64,000 nucleotides of DNA, from the NCBI GenBank assembly GCA_020048155.1, contig JAIFMY010000025.1, positions 18,026 to 82,025 on the forward strand, written 5' to 3'. The notes under the pieces are model-generated. The model worked only from the letters and a program-made list of their open reading frames with translations. It made no database searches and was not told where the DNA came from. This DNA is from Bacteroidota bacterium. Its GTDB lineage: Bacteria > Bacteroidota > Bacteroidia > Bacteroidales > DYOH01. A program made the translations under genes and the position numbers. This document shows, in pieces, positions 28,064 through 39,157 of this stretch (the first letter of the stretch is position 1; each line of letters begins with the position of its first letter).

Positions 28064-31000
28064 TTGAAAAGTTTTTTTAGAAGTATATTTTTTACAGGAA
28101 CCTTCAGCATCCTCATGGGGATTGTTTTTTATACCAATGCCCGCCAATCAACGATACAAAATGTAGTTTCATACTACATTCCTCAGCCTACCGATACCAT
28201 AAAAGGCGATACATTGCGCTTCCCTATTAGCGGAAATTCCCAGAAAATGTATCTGCAGAAAGAAAAAAGGTCTCCTCTTTTCCTCAAAAACCCTTCTAAC
28301 GTAATCATAAAGGAAGAGTATAACCCGGTAACCGGTGATTATGAAATACGACAGGAAGTGGGTGGTTTTGAAAATGCAGATCCCATCATACTTTCGGCAG
28401 ACGATTACAAAAAATACCGCTTCGACCAGTCGATGTACACATACTGGAACCAACATGCACGCAACCTGCATACCGGCACATCCGGCGATCCTTTTAGCAA
28501 CTTGCTAAATCCCCAGCTCAATGTAGGTATTGATGGTTTTGATAAAGTTTTTGGCACAAATACAATAGACATAAAACCAACCGGCTCTGCTGAAATAATC
28601 TTCGGACTCAATTACACCAACAGCGGCGACCCTTCGCTTCCTGTTGATATTCAAAAAGATTACAATTTTGAGTTCGACGAAAAAATACAGCTTGGCGTAA
28701 CCGGCCAGATAGGCGATAAACTCAAAGTTGGTATCAACTACAACACCGAGGCTTCGTTCGAATTTGAAAACAAAACAAAACTCGGATACACCGGCAAAGA
28801 AGACGAAATAATACAAAACATAGAAGCGGGCGATGTCTCGTTTCCCCTGAACGGTACGCTCATACCAGGCAGCCACAGTTTATTTGGCATAAAAACCGAT
28901 CTGAAATTTGGAAACCTTTACGTTTCGAGTGTCATATCGCGCCAAGAAGGTAAGTCGCAAACCATAGAAGTAAAAGGTGGCGCGCAAGTGCGTGATTATG
29001 AAATAAGTGCTGCCGACTACGAAGCCAACCGACATTTTTTCGTTTCTCATTATTTCAAAGAAAACTATGAACGGTCGCTTGCCAATCTGCCTGTTATCAA
29101 CTCTGGCATTACCATCACCCGTATAGAGGTGTGGGTAACCAATAAAACAGGAAACTTTGACAACTCCCGTAACCTGATAGCAGCCCACGACCTTGGCGAG
29201 GCTGCAGGCAATATTGCATCAGGCCTGGTGACACCAAGCTCTGGTGCCCCATATCCGGCCAACGGAGTGAACAACTTGTACCAACTGCTGAGCGAGACCT
29301 ACGCCGGTGTAAGAGATATAAACCAGGTTACCACCACTTTGCAAGGCGTTGCAGGTCAGTTTGATGTAGGAAGGGATTACGAAAAAATTGAAAACGCACG
29401 TTTGCTTCTTTCTTCTGAATATTCTTTCAATGCAAAACTTGGATATATATCGCTCAATGCTGCCCTCAATGCAGATGAAGTACTTGCTGTGGCTTATGAA
29501 TACACTATGAATGGCCAAAACTATACCATAGGTGAACTTTCGATAAGTGGTGTGAAAGCGCCTGAGACTCTGATTGTTAAATTGCTCAAAGGGACAGCAC
29601 TTTCACCCAAAATGCCTACCTGGGAGCTCATGATGAAAAACGTATACGCCATAGGTGCATACCAGATAAGCCCCGAAAATTTCAAACTAGAAGTTTATTA
29701 CCAGAACGACAATACAGGTACTGCCATCAATTACCTGCCCGAAGGAAATTTAAAGAATAAAATTCTGCTTCAAGTACTTAATCTCGACAGGCTGAACTCA
29801 CAGCTTGACCCCGGAAGCGATGGGTATTTCGATTTTATGGAAAAAACCACCATCAATTCCTCCAATGGCCGCATTTTCTTCCCTCAGCTCAATCCTTTTG
29901 GCGATTATCTGGGAGACAAGATTACAGATACCGATTTGGCCGAAAAATATACTTTTCAGGAATTGTATGATTCTACCCAAAGTAAGGCCAAGCAAATAGC
30001 CGAGAAAAATAAATACTTGCTCAAAGGCAGTTACCAAAGTGCAAGTGGCTCAGAAATAGCCCTCAATGCCATGAACATACCCCAAGGTGCTGTAAAAGTA
30101 ACCGCAGGTGGGGCAAAACTGGTGGAGGGGAACGACTACTTGGTAGACTACACCCTCGGGCGCGTAACCATACTCAACCAGGGACTGCTCGAATCGGGCA
30201 CGCCTATAAGCATTTCGCTAGAAAGCAACGAACTTTTCAATTTTCAGACAAAAACTCTGTTGGGTACCCATTTCGACTACCGTCCACGCGAAAATATCAC
30301 CCTCGGTGCTACTCTGATGCACCTGAGCGAAAAACCTTTTACCAACAAAGTAAATATTGGCGATGAACCCATATCTAACACAATCTGGGGTTTGGATGCA
30401 TCGTACAGCACAGAGGCCGATTTCCTGACCCGAATGGTCGATTTTATTCCCTTCATAGAAACCAAAGAAAAATCTACCATCAGTTTCACAGGTGAGTTTG
30501 CTCATCTGATACCCGGGCACTCAGATGCTATTGAACAGAACGGTGTTTCGTATATCGACGATTTTGAAGGCAGCAAAACTACCATTGATCTCAAGAGTCC
30601 CAACTCATGGTCGCTGGCAAGTATTCCGCAAGGTCAACCCTTCATGTTTCCCGAAGGAAACCTCAACAACAACCTGGCTAGCGGATACAACCGTGCAAAA
30701 ATATCGTGGTATAGTATCCTGAATGATTTGCTTAGAAATACCGATGCTACTCCCGGGCACTTGCGTTCAGACCCCGACCAACAATCGAATCACCTGGTGC
30801 GCGAGGTGTATGAAAAAGAAATATTTCCGTATAAAGAAAGCCTTAACGGATACCCTACGCCACTTTCTATACTCAATCTGGCTTTTTACCCCGAAGAAAA
30901 AGGCCCTTACAACTTCGATGGCCCCAGCCTTTCGTCCTATTCATACGGTATAAATGCCGATGGATTGCTCAACCAGCCAAATACCCGCTGGGCCGGAATA

Positions 31001-34000
31001 ACCCGCCGCATACAAACCAACGATTTTGAAGCTGCCAACATTGAGTATATCGAATTCTGGATGATGGATCCTTTCGCATACGATTCGGCACACACAGGGG
31101 GCGATTTGTACTTCAATCTTGGCAATATTTCGGAAGATATACTGCGCGATTCTCGTAAATCGTTCGAAAATGGTTTGCCTGCAGACGACCAGATAGAAAA
31201 AGTAGACACAACCGCATGGGGACGCGTTCCGGTAGGTCAGTCGCTCATCAATGCTTTCGATAACAATCCACAATCGAGACAATACCAGGATATAGGGCTC
31301 GATGGACTCAACGACGAAGAAGAAGCCACATTTTTCAAAAATTACCTCGATAGTATTGCCACACGCTATGGAACCTCATCAAAAGCCTACGAAATAAACA
31401 CCTTAGACCCATCTGGCGATAACTACCATTATTTCAGAGGCTCAGACTATGATAATCTGAAGCTAAGCATACTCGACCGATACAAAAACTACAATGGCAT
31501 GGAAGGCAACAGCCCAACTGCCGACCAGTCGCCTGAGGATTACCCTACTAGCGGTACCCTGGTACCCGATGTGGAAGATATAAATACCGACAATACGCTG
31601 AGCGAAACCGAATCTTATTTTCAGTATAAACTTAGCCTCAGGCCTGAAGATATGGTGGTGGGTAAAAACTACATCACCGATATGATAGAAGACACCCGCG
31701 AACGGAAAAACAAAAAAGTATCCACTGTGCGCTGGTACCAATTCAAGATACCCATATATGAACCAGAAAAGGTTGTAGGAAATATCGAAGATTTCAGATC
31801 TATCCGATTCATCAGGATGTTTCTGCGCAACTTTGACGAGCCGGTAGTACTGCGCTTTGCCAGACTCGATTTGGTGCGTGGTGAGTGGCGCAAATACAAT
31901 GCAGACATTACTTCAGGTACTGAGGTTCTGTCGGGCGACATGATGCGCGAGAGCAATTTCGAAATTTCGGCAGTGAATGTGGAAGAAAATGGAAAACGCA
32001 CCCCGGTAAACTACATTCTTCCCCCCGGCATACGACGCGAAGAAGACCCGACCAATCCGCTACTCAGGCTAGTAAATGAGCAATCTTTGGTATTCAAGGT
32101 ATTCGACCTAAGCGATGGCGAGGCTCGTGCTGCCTACCGGAATGTGAATCTGGACGTGAGGCAATATGAAAGGCTGCGCATGGAAGTGCATGCTGAGGCC
32201 ATAAACCAGGCAATGCTCAAAGATGGCGATGTGAGCGTATTCATAAGACTTGGAGCCGACTACCAACAAAACTACTACGAATATGAAATTCCGGTAAAAG
32301 TTACAAAACCAGGATTTTACAATGGTGCAGTAGCTACCGACCAATTTGAAGTTTGGCCTGCTGAAAATCAGTTGAACATTGTTTTCGAACTTTTGCAACA
32401 AGCAAAGCAAGCCCGCAACGATGATATGCGCAGGCGTGGAAGTACTACCAGACTCACAGCCCCGTATACTTTTTATTCGGGAAATGTAATCATTCGGGTA
32501 ATGGGTAACCCCAACCTGAGCAACATACGCACCATCATGCTGGGTATACGCAACCCCAAGCAAGCAACCAACCGAAACGATGACGATGGGCAAGCCAAGA
32601 GCGCAGAAATTTGGCTCAACGAGCTCAGGCTTACCGATTTCAGAGAAGATGGCGGATGGGCAGCCACCGGACGTGTAGCTGCGCAAATGGCCGATTTTGG
32701 TACACTTACTCTTGCAGGAAGTACCCAAAGAGCCGGTTTTGGTAGCCTCGAAAAGAAAATAAACGAACGTCTGAAAGAGGATATTCACCAATACGATCTA
32801 TCTGCCAACCTGGAACTGGGTAAGTTTTTCCCACAAAGAATAGGACTGCGTATACCTATGTATGTGGGCTATTCCGAATCGTTCAAGAATCCGCTTTACA
32901 ATCCGCTCGACCCCGATATAGAACTGGAGGCATCGCTCAAAAATGCCCCCGATGCACATACTCGCGACTCTATCCGATTTATTGTACAAGACTATACCCG
33001 GAGGCGAAGCATCAACTTTACCAACGTAAAAGTAAATGCAATGTCGCCAGAACCCCATTTCTACGATGTGGGCAACTGGTCGCTCAACTATGCATATACT
33101 GAACTCTTCAACCGAAACATAAATACTACTTTTCATACCCAAAAGACCTTCAATGGTGGTATAAATTATACTTTCAACAACAGGCCGCTGGCCGTTACGC
33201 CTTTCAAAAATGTAAAGGCTTTCAATTCCAGTTATTTCAAAATTCTACGTGAATTTAATTTCTTCTATGCACCTACTTTGATAGCTTTCCGCACTGAAAT
33301 GGCCAGAAACTACTCCGAGCTGCAAAACCGAAACATAAGCAACCCAGATATTCTCATTCTGCCCAATTACAAAAAAGACTTTCTGTGGAACAGGGTATAT
33401 GATGTGAAATATGATTTATCGAGAAACCTGAAACTGGATTTTGCCTCAATTGTAAACGCCCGAATAGATGAGCCTGACGGTCGCATAAGCCGCGATGACA
33501 ACGACTACGAAGAAAAACGCGATACCATTTGGCAGAACGTGAAAGATTTTGGCCGGGTTACACATTACGATCACAAAATAAACCTCACGTACACCGTTCC
33601 TATAAACAAACTTCCGGGGTTGGATTGGGTAAATATGAGTGCCCGATATGGTTCCACTTACCAATGGGATGTAAGCCCACGTCTGGCCGATTCCATTATT
33701 CTGGGAAACACCATCAGAAACGGAAACAATAAGCAACTCACCACAAACCTCAACTTCCAGACTATTTATAATAAAATAAAATACCTACAACAAGTAAACC
33801 AGCGTATACAACAGAAAAAGAGTGGCAGAAAAAACAATCAAGACTCTGAACCTGTTAGTTTTGAGCTGAACAATCTCTCGTTTACCGCTAATACTTATAG
33901 AAACATTGAGCATAATCTGGCTACCGAAGATGTTTCGGTGAAGGCATATGACTCTGCAGGAAGAATACTAAAAGGAACCCTTTTGGTAAGCAGTAAAAAT

Positions 34001-35527
34001 AAAATACGCTACAAACTAGACAACGACGCAGAGAACGTGCGTATTGAAATATCGGGCAGGAAACCTAAAAAAATGGATATCACCCAAGAAATAACCGACC
34101 ATATGGTGTTTGCCCTCATGGGAGTGCAATCGGTAACGGCTACATATACAGTTACCGAATCGAGCCAGATTCCGGGTTATCTTCCGGGAGTGAAATTGGT
34201 CGGAATGAGTTCGTTCAATGCACTTTATGCCCCGGGATTCAATTATATACTGGGAGTGCAAGATCAAAATTTCCCGATGAGTGCAGGTACCAACGGATGG
34301 CTCACCAAAGACTCTCTGCTCAATGCTGCCGCTATGTTTACACAAACTACCAACCTCAACATAAGAGCTACTGTAGAGCCTTTGCCCGGCTTCAAAATAG
34401 ATATTACTGCTGAGCGCAACCTTAGCCAATCGGTAAGTGAATACTGGGTGGCCGATGAATTCGGCAATTTTAGTGGCGAAGGAAAACAAGTAGGCGGAAA
34501 TTTCAAAATGAGTTACAATATGCTTGGTACAGCTTTCTGGGGGATAGATGCTACATCGTTTTCATCAAAAGCATACGACAATTTCATGAGTTACCGCATA
34601 GCCGCAGCATGGAAACTGGCCAATAAACGTGCAGATGCCAGCCGTGGCATATACAATCCGAATATACCAAACGTTGATCCTACCACAGGCATACCGCGTG
34701 GCGATGGATACCCCAACGGATATAGCTCTTTGTCGCAAGAAGTGCTCATACCTGCATTTCTGGCTGCATATGCCAACAAGTCTGAGAGTAAAATAAACAC
34801 AGGTACTTTCCCGCAACTTCCGGCGCTCAACTGGAATGTTACTTACGATGGACTGATGGTGTATCCGTTTTTCAAGGAATATTTCAAAAATTTCACCATT
34901 CGCCATGCCTACAAATCATCGTACAACGTAAATGCATTTACGTCGAACCCCATGTTCTCGTTCGAAGAGTTTGAAGAAACTGGTTTTAGCACAATTCGTG
35001 ACCCAAAATCGGACTTCTTTATTCCTGAAAATGAGGTAGGTGCCATTAGCATTGAAGAAAGCTTTAGTCCGCTTATCAGTTTTGATATGACCTGGAAAAA
35101 CAGCCTTACTACACGAATAGAGTTTCGCAAGTCACGCATGCTCAGCCTTTCATTTGCCAACAACCAACTTGAGGAAACCTACAGGAATGAATACATAGTG
35201 GGTGCCGGATACCGGATATCGGAATTGCCCATATCGATGAACATTGGCGGAAACCGACGAAATTTCAAAAGCGACCTCAACCTGCGTGCAGATTTCTCGT
35301 TTCGCGATGATATGACGGTTTACCGCAAGATAGAGGAAAATATATTTGAGCTGTTTGCCGGAATGAAAAGTATTTCGTTCAAAACTTCGGCAGATTATAT
35401 GCTTACAAGCCGCTTTACGCTTAAGGTGTTTTACGACCATGCCATCACCGACCCACGCAAAGCTCTCGCCTACAAAACCACCAATGCCAAATTTGGTATC
35501 AGCATTCGCGTGAGCCTCATTCCTTGA
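28064..35527 (+). CDS. sprA: T9SS translocon / gliding-motility cell-surface protein SprA
   Basis: A single 2487-aa ORF with an N-terminal signal-anchor and beta-rich composition throughout. The size and the position directly downstream of ruvA are typical of Bacteroidota sprA. The start is a TTG taken from the track. Confidence 0.85.
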   Translation: MKSFFRSIFFTGTFSILMGIVFYTNARQSTIQNVVSYYIPQPTDTIKGDTLRFPISGNSQKMYLQKEKRSPLFLKNPSNVIIKEEYNPVTGDYEIRQEVGGFENADPIILSADDYKKYRFDQSMYTYWNQHARNLHTGTSGDPFSNLLNPQLNVGIDGFDKVFGTNTIDIKPTGSAEIIFGLNYTNSGDPSLPVDIQKDYNFEFDEKIQLGVTGQIGDKLKVGINYNTEASFEFENKTKLGYTGKEDEIIQNIEAGDVSFPLNGTLIPGSHSLFGIKTDLKFGNLYVSSVISRQEGKSQTIEVKGGAQVRDYEISAADYEANRHFFVSHYFKENYERSLANLPVINSGITITRIEVWVTNKTGNFDNSRNLIAAHDLGEAAGNIASGLVTPSSGAPYPANGVNNLYQLLSETYAGVRDINQVTTTLQGVAGQFDVGRDYEKIENARLLLSSEYSFNAKLGYISLNAALNADEVLAVAYEYTMNGQNYTIGELSISGVKAPETLIVKLLKGTALSPKMPTWELMMKNVYAIGAYQISPENFKLEVYYQNDNTGTAINYLPEGNLKNKILLQVLNLDRLNSQLDPGSDGYFDFMEKTTINSSNGRIFFPQLNPFGDYLGDKITDTDLAEKYTFQELYDSTQSKAKQIAEKNKYLLKGSYQSASGSEIALNAMNIPQGAVKVTAGGAKLVEGNDYLVDYTLGRVTILNQGLLESGTPISISLESNELFNFQTKTLLGTHFDYRPRENITLGATLMHLSEKPFTNKVNIGDEPISNTIWGLDASYSTEADFLTRMVDFIPFIETKEKSTISFTGEFAHLIPGHSDAIEQNGVSYIDDFEGSKTTIDLKSPNSWSLASIPQGQPFMFPEGNLNNNLASGYNRAKISWYSILNDLLRNTDATPGHLRSDPDQQSNHLVREVYEKEIFPYKESLNGYPTPLSILNLAFYPEEKGPYNFDGPSLSSYSYGINADGLLNQPNTRWAGITRRIQTNDFEAANIEYIEFWMMDPFAYDSAHTGGDLYFNLGNISEDILRDSRKSFENGLPADDQIEKVDTTAWGRVPVGQSLINAFDNNPQSRQYQDIGLDGLNDEEEATFFKNYLDSIATRYGTSSKAYEINTLDPSGDNYHYFRGSDYDNLKLSILDRYKNYNGMEGNSPTADQSPEDYPTSGTLVPDVEDINTDNTLSETESYFQYKLSLRPEDMVVGKNYITDMIEDTRERKNKKVSTVRWYQFKIPIYEPEKVVGNIEDFRSIRFIRMFLRNFDEPVVLRFARLDLVRGEWRKYNADITSGTEVLSGDMMRESNFEISAVNVEENGKRTPVNYILPPGIRREEDPTNPLLRLVNEQSLVFKVFDLSDGEARAAYRNVNLDVRQYERLRMEVHAEAINQAMLKDGDVSVFIRLGADYQQNYYEYEIPVKVTKPGFYNGAVATDQFEVWPAENQLNIVFELLQQAKQARNDDMRRRGSTTRLTAPYTFYSGNVIIRVMGNPNLSNIRTIMLGIRNPKQATNRNDDDGQAKSAEIWLNELRLTDFREDGGWAATGRVAAQMADFGTLTLAGSTQRAGFGSLEKKINERLKEDIHQYDLSANLELGKFFPQRIGLRIPMYVGYSESFKNPLYNPLDPDIELEASLKNAPDAHTRDSIRFIVQDYTRRRSINFTNVKVNAMSPEPHFYDVGNWSLNYAYTELFNRNINTTFHTQKTFNGGINYTFNNRPLAVTPFKNVKAFNSSYFKILREFNFFYAPTLIAFRTEMARNYSELQNRNISNPDILILPNYKKDFLWNRVYDVKYDLSRNLKLDFASIVNARIDEPDGRISRDDNDYEEKRDTIWQNVKDFGRVTHYDHKINLTYTVPINKLPGLDWVNMSARYGSTYQWDVSPRLADSIILGNTIRNGNNKQLTTNLNFQTIYNKIKYLQQVNQRIQQKKSGRKNNQDSEPVSFELNNLSFTANTYRNIEHNLATEDVSVKAYDSAGRILKGTLLVSSKNKIRYKLDNDAENVRIEISGRKPKKMDITQEITDHMVFALMGVQSVTATYTVTESSQIPGYLPGVKLVGMSSFNALYAPGFNYILGVQDQNFPMSAGTNGWLTKDSLLNAAAMFTQTTNLNIRATVEPLPGFKIDITAERNLSQSVSEYWVADEFGNFSGEGKQVGGNFKMSYNMLGTAFWGIDATSFSSKAYDNFMSYRIAAAWKLANKRADASRGIYNPNIPNVDPTTGIPRGDGYPNGYSSLSQEVLIPAFLAAYANKSESKINTGTFPQLPALNWNVTYDGLMVYPFFKEYFKNFTIRHAYKSSYNVNAFTSNPMFSFEEFEETGFSTIRDPKSDFFIPENEVGAISIEESFSPLISFDMTWKNSLTTRIEFRKSRMLSLSFANNQLEETYRNEYIVGAGYRISELPISMNIGGNRRNFKSDLNLRADFSFRDDMTVYRKIEENIFELFAGMKSISFKTSADYMLTSRFTLKVFYDHAITDPRKALAYKTTNAKFGISIRVSLIP

Positions 35528-35593
35528 TTTTTATGGGGAGGCGGATATGCTGTGATTGGAGGTTTTTGGCGGTACGGAACGTGTTGTCTGAGG

Positions 35594-36133
35594 TTATTCG
35601 TTTTTAAACATTGCATAAATATCCAAACTTATATATTTCCCATTCTTGATTTCACAGTCCTTCATTGTCCCCTCGTGTTTGAAGTTGAGTTTATGCATTG
35701 CTTTTTTACAATTAGCATTTTCTGTTTCAACAAGCCCTTCTATTCTGTGTAGGCCTAAACTATCAAAACCATAATTACAAATGATAGGTAATGTTTCAAA
35801 CATGATTCCCTTTCCCCAAAAATCTTTGAGCAACCAAAATCCTATTTCAGCCTTTTTATGCACTTTGCTGAGGCTGTTGAGTCCGCCTGCGCCATAAAAT
35901 ATATTGTTGTTTGATGAACAAACTGCCCACCAAACGCCTGTCTCATCTTTCTCTAAATCTGCAAAAAATTTCATTTGTAATTTTGTCTCTTCTAAAGAAT
36001 CATAGCTTACACCATAGTATTTAATAATGTCAGGTTCAGATAATCCTTTAAATACGTTCTGTAGGTCGCTATCAACAAACTGACGAAGCAAAAGTCTTTC
36101 GGTTTTTATGGTTGGAAAAGGAGTTAGTGGCAT
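35594..36133 (-). CDS. GNAT family N-acetyltransferase (RimJ/RimL-like)
   Basis: 179 aa. TERLLLRQF ... IGFWLLKDFWGKGIMFETL ... LGLHRIEGLVETENANCKKAMHKLNFKHEG. Confidence 0.8.
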   Translation of the reverse strand: MPLTPFPTIKTERLLLRQFVDSDLQNVFKGLSEPDIIKYYGVSYDSLEETKLQMKFFADLEKDETGVWWAVCSSNNNIFYGAGGLNSLSKVHKKAEIGFWLLKDFWGKGIMFETLPIICNYGFDSLGLHRIEGLVETENANCKKAMHKLNFKHEGTMKDCEIKNGKYISLDIYAMFKNE

Positions 36134-36311
36134 CTCTGTTTAGCTATTATTATATTGTAAAATCGTTTTGTGCCAACCACCTGACAGTAGTATAGCATTT
36201 GTGCATGTATCATTCAGTAATTCCATTTTTTGATTATCGCTACTATGTTGCTTATCTGCAATTCAGTATTGTCTCAATCAAATCTGCAGGGGGGTGGTTG
36301 TATTGTAATTC

Positions 36312-36980
36312 TCACGAATCAAATTTCGAAGCGTCCCAATCGCCACCAACCGGAAATAGTTCAGTTTTTCGTTTTTTCATTTCTGCTGCAATGTGTGCGC
36401 TGTTTCCACCTAGCGCTTCGAGTTTTGAAATGATATTGAGGTAGCTTTTTTCATCTCTGTTCTGGCTGAGTTTAAATACATTTTCAATTTTCTCAGCTTT
36501 TATCTCAAAACCAGCAATGGCAGGCATAAGCTTGCTTACGTAATGGTCCGGAAGATTGTCGTAGTATGTAAGCGATTGTGTGTTGCCTTTTTCAAATGTT
36601 AAGGTCAGTTTCCTCATAAACTGTATCAACTCTTCGTCAGACATGAATGTCACCTTTCCGGCAATATGCACACTCATATAATTCCAGGTCGACCCACTTT
36701 GCGGATTGCTATACCACGAAGCACTTACATAGCAACTTGGCCCGGTAAATACCAGCAATGCATTTGGATTTTCCGCAAAAGCCTTAAAGTGATCTGTGTT
36801 TCGCATGATGTGCCCTTGCAAATACAGTTCGCCATTGCGCTCCACGAGCAAAACGGGTATCTGAGTTGCCACGGGTATGCCTGTCAAAAAGCTGCCACTC
36901 ATAAAAGCAAATGGATTTTCTTCTATAAAATCCAATATGGTTTTCTTGTCTTTAGCCTTGAAGTATGAAAAATTGTACAT
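36312..36980 (-). CDS. FMN-binding PaiB-family protein
   Basis: 222 aa. The pattern MYNFSYFKAKDKKTILDFIEENPFAFMSG ... ATQIPVLL ... LQGHIMRNTDH is typical of the PaiB family. Confidence 0.7.
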   Translation of the reverse strand: MYNFSYFKAKDKKTILDFIEENPFAFMSGSFLTGIPVATQIPVLLVERNGELYLQGHIMRNTDHFKAFAENPNALLVFTGPSCYVSASWYSNPQSGSTWNYMSVHIAGKVTFMSDEELIQFMRKLTLTFEKGNTQSLTYYDNLPDHYVSKLMPAIAGFEIKAEKIENVFKLSQNRDEKSYLNIISKLEALGGNSAHIAAEMKKRKTELFPVGGDWDASKFDS

Positions 36981-37264
36981 TTTGTAAGTGATTGTATGTT
37001 TTAGTAAAATTCAATATTTTTTCAATAAGTAGGCCATCTATATCTGTTTTTATTGCAGAAATTCTTAGCCCCCACATGTCCATATTATTTATTACTTTTG
37101 GTTTCGATGCTCATATATACAATTCTGGTCATACAAACTACCATACATGAAAACTGAATCTGTACGGTAATCAATAGATTTTTCCTAAATCATTTTGTAA
37201 ATTGAAATGTATTTGGCGTTAAAAAGTTGAACTGAATTCTTTTTAAAATAAGAACTATAAAGTT

Positions 37265-38221
37265 ATGCACGAAGTACTTTCGGAAAACTTAGATATGGCA
37301 AAATCGTTCATTCGAAGGCTACTTTATTTTGATATTTTTTCCCATCCACTATATGCTGAAGAGATATTTCAATATTGTGATTATCAAGATATAGATTTCA
37401 AAAAAGGATATCAGGTATTGGAGGAATTGAAAGCTGAGAATCTAATCAAATCCCATTCCGGATTATATTATATTGGTGAGTCGGGTTCTAAAATTGAGCA
37501 TCGTCTCGAGGCCAATAAACTGGCTGACATGCGGATGAATGATGCCCGAAAATATGCTTCCATAGCAGCTAAATTCCCATTTGTACGCGCAGTCTTTATT
37601 TCAGGCAGTCTTTCAAAGCATGTGATGAAACCGGATAGCGATATCGATTTTTTTATTATAACCGAACCCGGAAAACTTTGGGTATGCAGGACGTTGCTGA
37701 CGGTTTACAAAAAGTTGATATTGGGTAATTCCTACCGGAACTTTTGTTTGAATTATTTTATTGATTCCAATAATCTGGAAATTCCCGACAAAAATATATT
37801 TACATCAACCGAAGTTGCATTTTTACTCCCGATGTACAATTATTCTGTATATGAACTTTTTATGAGCAAAAATAGCTGGATACGTGCTGAGTTTCCAAAT
37901 TTCAAACTTCGCCAAAACGATTTTGATGCTCACCCCCGTTCATCAAAGAAGTTGCTTGAGTTTTTTTTAAACAACAGATTTGGGACGATGCTTGATCGAT
38001 TGAGTTTTTCAGTATTTACAAGTTTCTGGAAAAGAAAATTCAGTCACTTTGGTAAAAAAAGATTTGAACTCAACTTTCGCTCGCAAAAAGATGTTTCAAA
38101 ACATCATCCCAGTGCCTTTCAGGAAAAAGTGCTGAGCCAGTATTTAATTAAAATACAAGAATTTGAACAATCTACAGGTTTTAGGTTGAACCGTTTACAC
38201 GAAAATGAATCGGAACAATAA
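37265..38221 (+). CDS. nucleotidyltransferase-domain protein with N-terminal winged-helix-like region
   Basis: FISGSLSKHVMKPDSDIDFFIITEP is a GS ... DxD Pol-beta-type NTase signature. The stop TAA is directly followed by the next ATG. Confidence 0.7.
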   Translation: MHEVLSENLDMAKSFIRRLLYFDIFSHPLYAEEIFQYCDYQDIDFKKGYQVLEELKAENLIKSHSGLYYIGESGSKIEHRLEANKLADMRMNDARKYASIAAKFPFVRAVFISGSLSKHVMKPDSDIDFFIITEPGKLWVCRTLLTVYKKLILGNSYRNFCLNYFIDSNNLEIPDKNIFTSTEVAFLLPMYNYSVYELFMSKNSWIRAEFPNFKLRQNDFDAHPRSSKKLLEFFLNNRFGTMLDRLSFSVFTSFWKRKFSHFGKKRFELNFRSQKDVSKHHPSAFQEKVLSQYLIKIQEFEQSTGFRLNRLHENESEQ

Positions 38222-39157
38222 ATGACAGAGCGAAAAAAAAATATTTGGATACTTGGAGGCACAGGTTTTATAGGTAAAGCCCTTGTGAAGCGCCTTTCCA
38301 GCTCAGAAAATTACCTGCTGCATTTGCTTGTGCACAACAAGATACCGTACAAATTTCTTGAACCATTTTCTATTTACACCGGCAGTCTTGAAAATTTTGA
38401 TTTGGCATGGATGGAGAAATATCCTCCGGATATTATTTTTCATTTGGCGCGTTTGGGTGGAGGCAATGCTATCAGCCGCAGCATTTCATCAAGAAAGGGC
38501 GAAAAGGCAAATCAGCGGCTTATTCAGTTTTTATTGAAACAAAATACTTCGGCGGTAATAGTATATGTTTCAGGCTCACTGATGTATGGAAATCAGACAA
38601 ACAAATCAACAGCCAATGAAAATTCGGCACTAAATCCCACTTCTTATGCACGGTATTATTATCGGGCAGAAGAGCCTTGTTTAAAAGCCCAACGCTCCGG
38701 ACTGCTCGATATTCGTTTCGCACGTCCGGGTTGGATTCTGGGACCGGATTCGTGGTTTCGGACTTTTTACCGGGATCCATTCGTTCGCACCGGGAAAATT
38801 CCATTGTATGGTGATGGTAATCAATTGATGTCGTTGATTCACCTGGATGATTGCGCGACTCAGATAGTTGATCTGGCCTTGAAAGGACAAAAAAATCAAA
38901 ATCTGAATATATTTTCTGGCCTGCCCATCAGTCAAAAAGATTTTTCAGAATTGATTGCAAAGCACTTAGATACTGAGGTGGAACAAATACCGATTTCGCA
39001 ACTAAAAAAGCGGTATGGTAAAACGGTATTGGAAGCTCTCACTTCGTCGATACCATTGACAACAAACTATCCTGAGCTTAGCACCACTGATTCAAATTGT
39101 TATCAGGATGCAGCAAGTATAATCCAACACGCAATTTCATTTTTTGAAAACAAATAA
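38222..39157 (+). CDS. NAD-dependent epimerase/dehydratase (SDR) family protein
   Basis: Rossmann motif IWILGGTGFIGKALVKRL, 311 aa. Confidence 0.8.
   Translation: MTERKKNIWILGGTGFIGKALVKRLSSSENYLLHLLVHNKIPYKFLEPFSIYTGSLENFDLAWMEKYPPDIIFHLARLGGGNAISRSISSRKGEKANQRLIQFLLKQNTSAVIVYVSGSLMYGNQTNKSTANENSALNPTSYARYYYRAEEPCLKAQRSGLLDIRFARPGWILGPDSWFRTFYRDPFVRTGKIPLYGDGNQLMSLIHLDDCATQIVDLALKGQKNQNLNIFSGLPISQKDFSELIAKHLDTEVEQIPISQLKKRYGKTVLEALTSSIPLTTNYPELSTTDSNCYQDAASIIQHAISFFENK

Noticed and set aside
28169-35440. Many 60-227-aa ORFs antisense or out of frame within sprA, and similar ones inside mfd, the REC-PPDK gene, metH and the propeller sensors.
   Set aside because: They are fully embedded in long, motif-supported genes and have low-complexity translations. 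These are typical shadow ORFs.
36199-36444. Two overlapping plus-strand ORFs (81 and 67 aa) between the GNAT and PaiB genes.
   Set aside because: They overlap the 3' end of the PaiB-family gene on the opposite strand, and there is no motif or promoter box.
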